DNA of 63,973 nt, the filler included, from Basidioascus undulatus (Eukaryota): NCBI GenBank assembly GCA_000826855.1. It is 3 parts of 3 records of this genome, joined end to end, with 100 filler letters (N's around TTAATTAATTAA, not from the genome) between each part and the next. Parts side by side here need not be neighbours in the genome. Positions count along the whole stretch, not along the records: positions 44,044 to 63,973 come from JTLS01000386.1; 2 more parts are not named here. One strand, written 5' to 3'. Position 1 is the stretch's first letter. Each line of letters starts with the position of its first letter. The notes beneath the pieces are model-generated. The model worked only from the letters and a program-made list of their open reading frames with translations, searched no databases and was not told where the DNA came from. Below, one piece after another: positions 46,434 through 56,534 of the stretch. A program made the position numbers and the translations under genes.

Positions 46434-49400
46434 ATGAGCGCGCCTTCCTCCCCACGCACATCCACGACTCTCCCTCCCCCCTCCTCGGACCTCCCGACGC
46501 TCCTCCCGCTTTCGCACGCCCACCCGCTCCTCTCGCCCGCGCTCAACCCGTCCTTCGACCCCTCGGAGTTCCTCCTCTCCCGCCCGCACGTCGGTTTGCA
46601 GGACCTCGAAGACGAGCTCGCGGGGTATGCAAAGACGCTCAAGGACGAGCTTGTGGGGGTGGTAGATGAGGACTACCAGGTGCGTGCGGGGGAGGTGTGG
46701 GAGGTGTGGCCAGGGAAGGAGCGCAGGTGCTGAAGAGATGGGAGATGGTGGACGACAGGACTTTATCAGCTTGAGCTTGAGCTTGAGGGATGAGGGGCCA
46801 AGGTTGGAGAGGATTGAGGAGCCTTTGGGAGGGATGCGGGATACGGTCGAGGTGCGTCGTGTGGCTCATTGGCCCCTGCTTCCCCACCGGGCAGCTCAAC
46901 CTTTCCTCCACACAGACCGCCCGATCCTCACTCGCGGATATCAGACGAGCAGTCCAGGAAAAGCTCGATGAGCGATCGAAGCTGAGAGAAGAGAAGGTGC
47001 CTTGGTCGCATCGCTCGCAGTCCTGAGCCTCGCGTTGATGCACACATCGCACCCTCAGGCCCTCCTCCGACTCCTAATGCAGATCTCCGACTCGCTCACG
47101 CGCCTCGAAGGGCTGCTGCATATCGGGCCATCACCCGCAGAGCCGAGCACGGCATCGTGAGTGCTTCAAGTCTATCTTAGCTTCACGAGGCAGCAGCTGA
47201 TCTGGTAAATCCTGTGCAGGACAAACACCCCCAAGCGCGTCGAGCGCATCGCTGCAGAGTACACGCACCTCCTCTACCTCATTTCCAAGGCGTCCGCTGC
47301 GGAGCTTCCATTTGTTTCCTCTGTCCAATGGGTCCGTCTATTACTCTCCATACTCTGCGTTTCTCCCTGGTATGCTTACGAGCCTTTCTCTCAGCGCATC
47401 GACCGCCTCACCAGCACCCTCCTCTCGACGCTCTCCACACTCCTCACATCCACCCTCCAGACTCTCATTCCTACACCCTCCTCATTCACCACCGCCCCTG
47501 CCTCCCTGCGCTCCGCCGCACTGCGCGACCTCTCCGATCTCCTGCGGACGTACGACTCGCTCTCGCGGCACAGCGAGGCAGCGTCCGTCCTGCGGTCCTC
47601 GACCATCGCGCCCTTCCTCTCCACCGTTATCCACTCCACCGCGCTCCAGCCGCTTCCGCCGCAGCCCGACTCCCTCCTCAGCCCCACGACGCCCAAGACG
47701 CCCTTCCTGCGCACCAGCGGCGACGAGCCGCCGAGCTACTTCGGGGCTGCGGCGACGGCGGCGGCGCTGGACGCGGACGTCCCCCAGCTCAACGAGGAGG
47801 ACGGCGAGAACCTCCTCGCGGCGCTGTACAACAAGATTCTCTCCTTCGTCGCGCACGATCTGCGGCCCATCCTCCAAGCCGCAGAGAAGGACGACTCGTC
47901 GTTCGACTTTTTCGCAGGCGTCCTCTGGGACGAGACCGCGCGGCGGCTGTCCGACACTTTGGGGGGCACGATCTTTGCCGTGGGGCGGACGACCGAGTTC
48001 CACGCGCGGTACACGACGACGCAAGCCTTCCTCTCGCACCTCGAGTCACTCGCGCCGACGCTGCCCACGCTGCACCGCCTCCGCGCGCACCCCCCGCTCG
48101 AGAGCTTCCTCAGGCGCTTCCAGCTCCCAGTGTACTTCCAGCTCCGCCTCAAGGAGGCCCTCGCCGTCGTCGAGGGTGCCCTCGCCGCGAAGCCGCAGGT
48201 CATTCCTGCTGGAGGAAAGAACGGTCAGTGGGGGATCAGGCAGAGCGAGAGGGTCAGCTGGGCCGTGGGCAGGAGCTGGAGCGACGAGGTCTGGGTGGAC
48301 GAGTTAGGGGGCAGATTCTGGAGGTTGACGCTGCAGGTGCGCTGAGAGTGAGATCAACGGCAACGGAGGGGAACACGGCGCTAATGGGGGTGTGGCTGTA
48401 GCTGTTGTCCAGGTACAAAGGGTGGCTGGAGAAGGCGCTTCCTGAGGCTCCTGCATCCGCATCAACCGACCGAGTGCGTGTGCCCCTTCTACCGATCCAT
48501 CCCTTCGTCCCCCTAACTGACCCCCTGCCCAGCTCAATCCCTCCTCCGCCGCATCCACCCGCGCCCCCTCCCCCAACCCCCTTTCAACCACCCAACCCGC
48601 CGGCGACGAGAGGGCGCTCGAAGATGCGTCGCTCAAGCTCCTTTCCCTCTTCCACTACGACCTCGACCTCTTCATCTCCACGACGCGCACGCTCTGGTCG
48701 ACCTCCATCTCCACGCGCATGCCCTCCGACCCAGCGCCGGCAGATGACATCCCCAGCCCACACGACGTCCTGATCGAGTCGCTCGACGCGCTCGCGGCGC
48801 TCAAGCCTCGCATCGAGGAGCGCGTGCTCGCCATCCTCTTTCGGCGGGCGGCCGAGCCGCTGCGGCTTCTCAAGTCGTCGCTGTACAGGACGCCGTCCGC
48901 CGCGGCGACGGGCGCGGCGGAGCCGAGTTACTTTATCGAGAACGTCATGCGGCCTGTGAAGGTGTTCTTTGGCGAGGGCGGGGCGGGTGAGGGCCTCAAG
49001 GAGAGCGTGCGGAGCGAGTGGAGCGCGAAGGTGTTTGAGGAGATCTGCGTCCGGTGCGTTCGGCTTTCCTGTTTTACGAGGCAGTGGCAAGGAATGGACG
49101 GGCGCTCATGTCAGCTGGGATGGGACAGATACGCCACCCAGCTGACAGCGATGAAGAAGACCGAGGAGTCTCTCCGACGCTACAAGATGGGCACGAAAGG
49201 CGCCGGCGGCGGCCTCTCATCGCTCTTCTCGCGCGGGAAGCAGGCGCAGGCGACGGCGCAGCCGGACGCGGGCGCGGGCGCGGGTGAGGAGGACAAGGTC
49301 GCGGAGCAGATGCAGGTAGATGTGCGTGCGCTCGGGGAGGACGCGCGCGCGCTGGGCGTCGATCTGGATGGCGTGGGCGAGCGGGAGGGGCTGAAGGGGT

Positions 49401-49471
49401 GGAAGGAGCTGAGGGAGGTTGTGGGTATGGGCCCGAAGAAGGAGGGCGAGGGGGGAGGGGAGAAGAGGTAG
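46434..49471 (+). CDS. COG2: Conserved oligomeric Golgi complex subunit 2
   Basis: Motifs FDPSEFLLSR..LQDLEDEL..LKDELVGVVDEDYQDFISLSLSL, IFAVGRTTEFHARY, RRFQLPVYFQLR, RFWRLTLQ, PSYFIENVMRP, KKTEESLRR. Confidence 0.88.
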
Positions 49472-49660
49472 TGGCGGGGGAGATCTTGCATTGCGTTGCA
49501 GGACTGTATGAGGCTCGCGGGCGAACTGACAGAGATGGCAATGCGCATGCTCGCTGCGCGCGATTCAAGGGGGGGCGCACGTTGTACGCATTCCCATTTC
49601 AATGCGCATGCTCCACAGACCGTATCAACGGATTAGTGTATAGGCTTGTAGCCGTCAGAA

Positions 49661-49785
49661 CAACAGTACCAAAACAAGAGTTCCAAAACAAAAGTACCGA
49701 AACAACAGTACCACAAAACATCACTACAAAATCAAAAGTCCCAAAACGAAAGTACCGAAACAGCAATACCAAAACAAAGTACGAC
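49661..49785. repeat. A-rich minisatellite, ~14-bp unit (CAAAAGTACCAAAA), about 9 degenerate copies
   Basis: caacagtaccaaaa caagagttccaaaa caaaagtaccgaaa caacagtaccacaaaa ... cgaaagtaccgaaa cagcaataccaaaa. Confidence 0.8.
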
Positions 49786-49814
49786 AGGCCATCCCAGTGT
49801 AAGATGCCAGAACC

Positions 49815-51196
49815 TCAACAATCGACCCGCAACAGCTTGCGCAGCCCCTCGTTCGTCTCCCGTATACTCCAGAAGAGAGTATTACACGCCGCCTGGCGGG
49901 CGGTTTCCTTGGCGCGCCTGTTCCTCGATTGCATGGCGCGCCTCAGCTTCGGCGCGGTCGCAGCGGGCTTGCAAGGCGACGCGCTCTGCCAAGTGTCAGG
50001 TGTGAAAGCGAGAATGTAAGGACGGCAAGTCCGCACCTGGATCGATCAGGGGCTCCGTCATGATACCAACCTCGGTGTACTGAAGAAGGTTGTCTGGTGG
50101 TGTTGTACTCACTCAATCGTGGTTTCGAGGATCTCAACCCAGCTTGCACCTTGTCCATCTTCTCGGATCCCTATCGATCCGCATTCCCCGGCAACGACCT
50201 CAGTATCCCCAGTAAACAGAAAGAAATCAAGATTTTACATATACGCACCTTATGGCTGCCCTCGTTACGGACACCTTCCTCTTCTTGCCCTTGACGTTCC
50301 CCAACTTCGCCTCCGGCGTGTCCGGCTGCCACGTCCCGCTCGACGTGCGGACACGAGCTTCTTCGCGAGGTTCCGCATCGCGCTGGGGGCGGAAGGAGCC
50401 TGTATGGCGTGGATAGGGATAATTAGAGGGAACTTCTAGGTAAGAAGCCCCCGAGAGACGTACCGATTTCTTGGCACAACTTTCGGGACCAGGCACAAGG
50501 GCGACGGGTCGAGGACCGCGCTGGGCTCCCGACTCTCCTACTACTGGCAGACGGAGGAACACTGTCAGCGGAAGCAGTCGTTATAGCTTAACGAAAAAAA
50601 CAGCCCACTCGAGCCTCCTGATAGCTTGCCGGTGACGCCGCTTTCGGATCGCCCGCCTGCGCCATTTTTCCTTCATAGAGATTAGAAACACTACGTCTCA
50701 CAGTCTCTCCCTCTCGGACCCCAAGCTACTCACCGTCTGCTCTTTCTCCGCAAGCCTCGGCTTTTTCCCAGCTGAGGGCTGACCCGCCGATCCCCTCGTC
50801 CCGCTCTCATCCCCGACAGGCGACCAGCTGTCCTCGCCTCCTGCCGCTGCGGTTTCTTCTCGGCATCCAGAGGACGCTTGAGACCGTTGTCGGACTCTGG
50901 TGATCGATATTGGGTGGAGATGGTGGCGACTCCGGAGAGTCGTTGGCGGGCTCTTGTCCGAGGGGAAGGCGACGCCGGACGAGAGGGGGGGCGGGGCTGT
51001 ATGGTCGTCGCTGGGTCGAGTGCTGAAAGCTGTCCGTAGGAGTGAGTGGTAAGCTAGAGTGTGGGTGGAAAGCTTCATTGAAGGTTTGACGTACTCGCTC
51101 GTTTCGAGGAGCCTCTACATGTCCAGGCGTTGGCTCAGGAGTAAGATGTGCGTTGCTATCTCCTTGCTGGGCGGTGTTGCCAGCGCGAGAAGACAT
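49815..51196 (-). pseudogene. Degenerate hypothetical low-complexity protein gene
   Basis: Successive overlapping minus-strand ORFs (50807-51196, 50698-51078, 50227-50562, 49815-50158) with intron-like signals and frame changes. Confidence 0.35.
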
Positions 51197-51386
51197 CGAG
51201 AGTTTGGTTCTAGCGATCCTCGAGATGGTAAGGAGGGCTATTAGGGAGAAGGCAAGAGACCAGGCCGTCCATCCGCTCAGAATGTGGCGTTCCTTTGCGT
51301 GTTCGGGCTGAGTCGTGCCCCCTGTCGAGTTGTTTCCCTGTCCCCTGCAGGTCGTTTCGTCGCGCGTCTCGTCAACCTCTTGCCCG

Positions 51387-52721
51387 CTAGGAACTCAGCA
51401 AAACAGCTCCCAATTTTTTCAGCTCCTTCTGTTCTCGTCGGACTGAAATAATCCCTCTGGTGAGTGGGTAAAGACGTATTCCGTCGGGCGGATTGCGCAG
51501 ATTGCGAAGTACTCGTCTATCCTTCAACGCGCCCAAAGAGCTTGCAAATGACCGCCTTTCCCTTTGAATGCTTCCCCCTGACGACATGCCACCCTATCGA
51601 ACAAAGTAGGTGACAGGCACAAACAGGGAATAAGATGCTCGGGGGCAACAAACAACAAACGTACAAGGGGATTCGGGTAAAATGAGAACTTGGACAATGA
51701 GAGCGGCGCCGATGAAAGCAAATTGCGTGTACATCGCAGGAAGATATTCCTTGGGTCGGCTAGAGTCGAGGACTTTGAGGACGATGGCGCCGAGGCGCTG
51801 ACCGACGCAGACCTATTTCAAGTGTTGTTGAAAGTGCCGCAGGTCAGACTTCTCGCGGCTCGCCCGGGGACAAACGGGATGAAAAAAGCACCAGAGAGAA
51901 TAGAACGACAACAACCCACCTCTGATGCTGACTGCGCTGGCCTGTATGAGAACTGTGAGGTTGCTGATCTCGGTCTCCAAGTGAAAGCCTGCAATGACGG
52001 GCCTGCATGATGCCAGTTCCCCACCCGCAAAAGAGCTTTCCTACAAGCCACGTCTGTCAAGATTTGGCTGTAGCCTCGCATACAACTCCCTGGAAATGGT
52101 CTTCAACAAGGTACGAACGTTTAACACACGACCGCAATAGGACTTACGACGGCCAGCATCAGCGTCATGAGCACCATGGAGGCTCTGCGCCCGAAACAAT
52201 CGGACAGGCTTCAATACGCTATAAGTTTAGAGTGTGGGTGCGGTACTCGTAAATGCAGTCGATGGAACGTACAAACCGCTAGAAGTCATGCCCACGATCT
52301 GGCCGGCACTCTGCACGCCACCCCATGCCGAAACGACAGTCGCTGCGAGACTCGTGTTGCCGCTGCTGTCCGTCTGAGTTGCGAAATTCTGGACGAAGCT
52401 GGAGTTGGCAATAACGGAGCTGTTAAGAGAGATTTGCTATCCGTCCGAACCGCGAGAAGCCCGCAGGCAGAGATGATAAGTGTCGCTTTCCAGAATACTT
52501 GTGGGTGAGGTCGGCGAAGGGCGAGCGAGAGGGGGCAGGATCGGTTGGGGCAGGGCAAGTTTGCAGCCCGAGGTGCTCGACAGAAGGCTTTTGAGTGGCT
52601 TCGGGCTGCGGAGCCATGTTGACCGCTGTGCGAGAAGCAGAGAGCAGCTCACTCCAGGGCTTCGAGAATGAGCTCCTTCCTTTATACTTCGATGCTCGCT
52701 AGGGAGCAAGGCTTGGGCCAT
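51387..52721 (-). pseudogene. MFS sugar porter (maltose/alpha-glucoside permease-like), N-terminal half only
   Basis: Motifs LSDCFGRRASM, AKS*QTWLVGKLFCGWGTGIMQ (TGA at 52057-52059), IRGGLLSFYSLW, VLILPESPWW. A frameshift follows PESP and the C-terminal half is absent. Confidence 0.8.
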
Positions 52722-53363
52722 GTGAGCACACTTGTCCTGGGCTGTTAGCCACCGCCCACAACAGAGTACTGGACTCCGGGGCTTGTAGTTGCGGGTTGCC
52801 GGTGTAAGATTGCACCGAACACCCAACCCAGTGTCGGGCCCTGTACGGAACCTGGCCCGCAGTTCCGATGAGGGTTATTGAATGTTGTCCAGAGAGTCTG
52901 CAGTGGTTTCCTTTGTGAGCGAGTAGATACGTTTATTGGATATGCCAAGGCTTTGAGAAGAGCCGACTCCACGGCGGGATCCTAAAGCAGTCAAGCAGTC
53001 CATGCGGTCACATCCGCGAGTCCATGCATGTAGATCCTGGAGTTGCCTGGAGCCGCGGATGCCGCGCCTCCGCTTGCTTGGTGTTCCCGAATATCCGCAT
53101 ACCGCCGCCGTCAGAGCCAGGCCCCAGCATTCATCGTCGGCGAAACTTCCCAACGGCGTTTGCCTTCGCTGTAGGACTGCGGGTCTTTCACCCGTCCCAA
53201 TTGCCATGTGGCTGGTTTGGGCTGATCTCCCGGCACAACTCTGCATTGAGATAGCACTTCTTCCGACGCGACATAGCCAACCCTGCAACATCTCAGGACG
53301 CTTGTTTGTTCAGAAGATCGGATTCCCCTGCATCCTCGTCTCTTCGCCCTTTGGCTTCTCTTC

Positions 53364-56135
53364 ATGTCTCTCGGACAACGCTCCGACATTCATCCCATTC
53401 GTGTTCATCAGCCCTTCGGACTCACTCGAAAGCTCGATGCTCTTGTGACTGGGCTCACCTTTGGACGCCCTCCCGCCGTTCTGGAGGGAGATGGAGCTGG
53501 GGTTCTTTGTGAGCAGGAGTTTCACTACGCGTGTCTGACGACCACTCTGCTGATTACTGGCTCGAAGACTACGGCGTGAACGTCGCCGGCATTCCTGTCT
53601 TCGAAATGGCTGCTGTTTCGGGAGAGGCGGTTACGTTCGAGGTTACGTGCTCCGAAGGATACGCCGCGCTGTGGCGGGACGGACTTGGGAGACGGGCCCA
53701 TGCCCTTCGCGAACACGATGGACGTAAGCAGCTGGTTGCCTCTCGTGGTACCCTCCGTCTCATGCTGAAATGATTTTTCCAGTTCTACCGCGTCAATCGC
53801 TATACGGTCTTGGCTCCGCAGACGGTCGTCTATCCTGCGATCACGGCGCGCAACGCTAGCAAAAAATCAAGCTCGTTACCCCGGGCGCTGTCGAGGTCCG
53901 CCGCATAGGCTTTCGAGCCACGGCGCCCAACGACAAGCTTGCCGGAGACTTCGAGTGCAGCAATCCCCACTGGAATCGTTTGTAGGAGAACGGCGCCAGG
54001 ACGGTTCAGGTGTGCGACATAGTTCACCTGTGCATCGCGATTTGCACGTCTGGCTGACCAAGACAGCCTGCTAGCTGTGCTGCCTGCCCGCCCGGTCAGT
54101 CCCACCCGCTTGGGATGTAACACCGCAATGCACTCGCGTTCGAGGCCGGCATGGCGGCCACGCTCTGGACGAGCGTTCGATTCACCAACTACAAGCTCGA
54201 ATTCGACGTCGCGATCGAGGAGGGCGGTGCCGGCTGGCTTGTTCTTGCAGACAGCCTCGGCGGAGGTCTCTTTGTTCATGTTCGAGTTTTTTACATGCGC
54301 TGTTGAATGAAGCTGAACTTAGCTCGATTCAAACAGTTGGATCTTGCTCGCATAGTAGCTCGGCCGGAGCATCTTCCCCTTCCCGACCTTTCTGATACGC
54401 TTATAGGCCTTTTCAGTGCTAAATTCCTGTCGGTTGGTGTGCAGGTGTGGGGCCGCGATGCTGCCGTGAGCCTTTCGGAGCTTTGCGGTATCATCGCCTT
54501 CTCTTATGCGCCGCACATCTGATATAGGCTCGACGGGGTAAACAGATTATGGGTCCGATCGTATTCTATATGGGTCCATGGAAGAGTACATAACAGGCAC
54601 GCTCGAGCCCCTCGCTTCCTGGCAGAGGCAAGAGGGCGCATTCGCGAGCATGGTTCCGCCGACGATGCACAAGGGCAACGGCTGTGCAGTCGATCCTCCT
54701 CCCAGTTTCTGTGAGTTTCGGTGCTCTCTCGTGAACTTATCTGGGATACACAAATTGGTGCTGAATATCTCACTTCATTTCCTCAGACAGCCTCGCGTAC
54801 GAGCTGTACGCTGTTAAGAGCTTCTACGACGCACATCTCTACGGTGCGCTATCGGACTCTGCGCTCGAGTCGTACTATCCGCAAATCCGGCGACAAGTCG
54901 AGCGTGGTCTGTCGTTCCTCGACGGAGAGGGCATCGCGCGCATCGACCCGAGTGACGCAGTCCTCGCCATGGACTTCAACTATTACGACGGCCCTCGCCT
55001 CGGGGCGAACACGAAGCTCATGGCGCAGCTTGTCGACGTCCTCTGCCTCGCTGCGGAGTTGGCATAGGCGGTAGGCGCGTCCGATGACCCGGCGCGCTAT
55101 CGCGAGCAGGCTCGGGCGTCGACGGACGCGATCAACAGCGTGTTGTGGAACGAACGGCTCGGCACGTACAAGATTACGGGCGACCTCGCCGACTGCGTTG
55201 CGCCGGACGTCGCGGCGTGGGCAGTGATTTCCGGAGTTGCACAGAACGCTGAACGGGCTGAGGTATGTGCTGATCTTTTCCTGAGGATTTGACTGTTGCA
55301 GGTTAGCCCATACAATTCTCGCCGCTGACTTGTTCAACTCCCGCTCCCTCAGGCTGTGTTGGAGAGCGCACGCTCCGACCTATCCGTCCCGGCCGGCCAG
55401 CTCGCTTTTAGTGCCAACACGGTTTCCCGCAAGAGCATCTGCCCTTTTATCTCAGGGTGGCACCTCGAATTCTTGCACAAGGAGCGCCCAGACGACGCAA
55501 AGTACATCTTGGACAGCGTCTTTGGGCGTATGGTGGATCCTCGGGACCCAAAACTACACGGCTGTGTTATCTTTCTGATTTCTGAGCTTTCTCTGATTGC
55601 AGGAACGATGTGGGCGCTCATGCTCGAGGATGGTTTTCTGGGCAAAGGAATACACCTTCCTCGGTCAGTCAGCTTGTTCTTAGTCCTGCTCTCCTCTCCT
55701 TTAGTTACTAATGACAGGAACCCCTCTTTACATGTCAAACAGCGCATGGCTGGTCCGCCTACCCCACTGCCGCGCTCAGCAAGTACGTTTTGGGCGGGTG
55801 TCCGACCTCTCCGGCCTTCCGCACCTGGCTTGTCGCGCCGCACACTCGGGCTGTCCTACGTGCGCGGGCGCGTACCCACGCCGCACGGTCCGCTCCGCCT
55901 CGCCTGGGAACGTCCCACGGACGGCACGGCATTCAAGATGGAGGTCAGCGTGCCGGCTGCTACGAGCGGAGTTGTCGTCCTGCCTAACGAGGTTAGCCCG
56001 GCCGATGAGGTGCGGATCGATGGAATCGCGCTTGGGCTGGAGAGGGAAATCGTCCAAGGACGGAGGATCCGGGTTGAGGTGAAGAGCGGGACGGAGACGG
56101 TGGTTATCGAAGCCAAGTTGTCTAAGGGAACTTGA
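53364..56135 (+). pseudogene. GH78 alpha-L-rhamnosidase-like gene, disrupted
   Basis: Motifs DYGVNVAGIPVF, GDFECSNPHWNRL*ENGARTV, AINSVLWNERLGTY, ICPFISGWHLE, AHGWSAYPT, RGRVPTPHG. Stops at 53983 and 55065 plus frameshifts. Confidence 0.82.
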
Positions 56136-56534
56136 ACAATCGTCGCATGATAACGAGAAAAAAAGATACACTGTTGTTCTTTGTTTTTTGTGTGCTTGAT
56201 GGCCTGTTTCTCCGTGCTTAAATATTCAGAGAGACAGGAAAGGACTCGATCATTAAGTGCGTGCCGCGTCCCATCTGAGCCTTCTCATTGCGTCTCACGC
56301 TTATTTCGTTTTGTTCCAAGCCGCCTCAGCATGCCAGACCTTACCACCGGAATAGTGAATGCAAAGTCTCCGTTCATACGTGCCAGTCTCTTTGTTGTTG
56401 ACGACTCGTGCCTGCAGCAAACCGGCCAGCAAACATGGAGACAGGTCAACATTGCTCATCACGAGGTCGAACGCAGCGATAACACCGCTCATAGGGTCCC
56501 AAGTCATATCAAATCTCGTCGCGCCGACCAGTCC

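Noticed and set aside
49661..49785. CRISPR-like or telomeric array
   Set aside because: There are no unique spacers or cas genes, the context is eukaryotic, and the unit is not TTAGGG-like.
28450..55067. Stop-codon recoding or A-to-I editing, since several premature stops sit at expected Trp positions (28450 TGA, 52057 TGA, 53983 TAG)
   Set aside because: The same genes also carry frameshifts, deletions or dead splice sites, and other stops replace non-Trp residues. Intact genes use TGA and TAG as normal stops, and TGG is one transition from both.
3064..56135. Sequencing error as the general explanation for the frameshifts
   Set aside because: Long conserved genes on the same contigs read cleanly, and lesions concentrate in accessory genes together with nonsense codons. 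Error cannot be excluded for APH, KUP or the contig-edge gene at 44044 individually.
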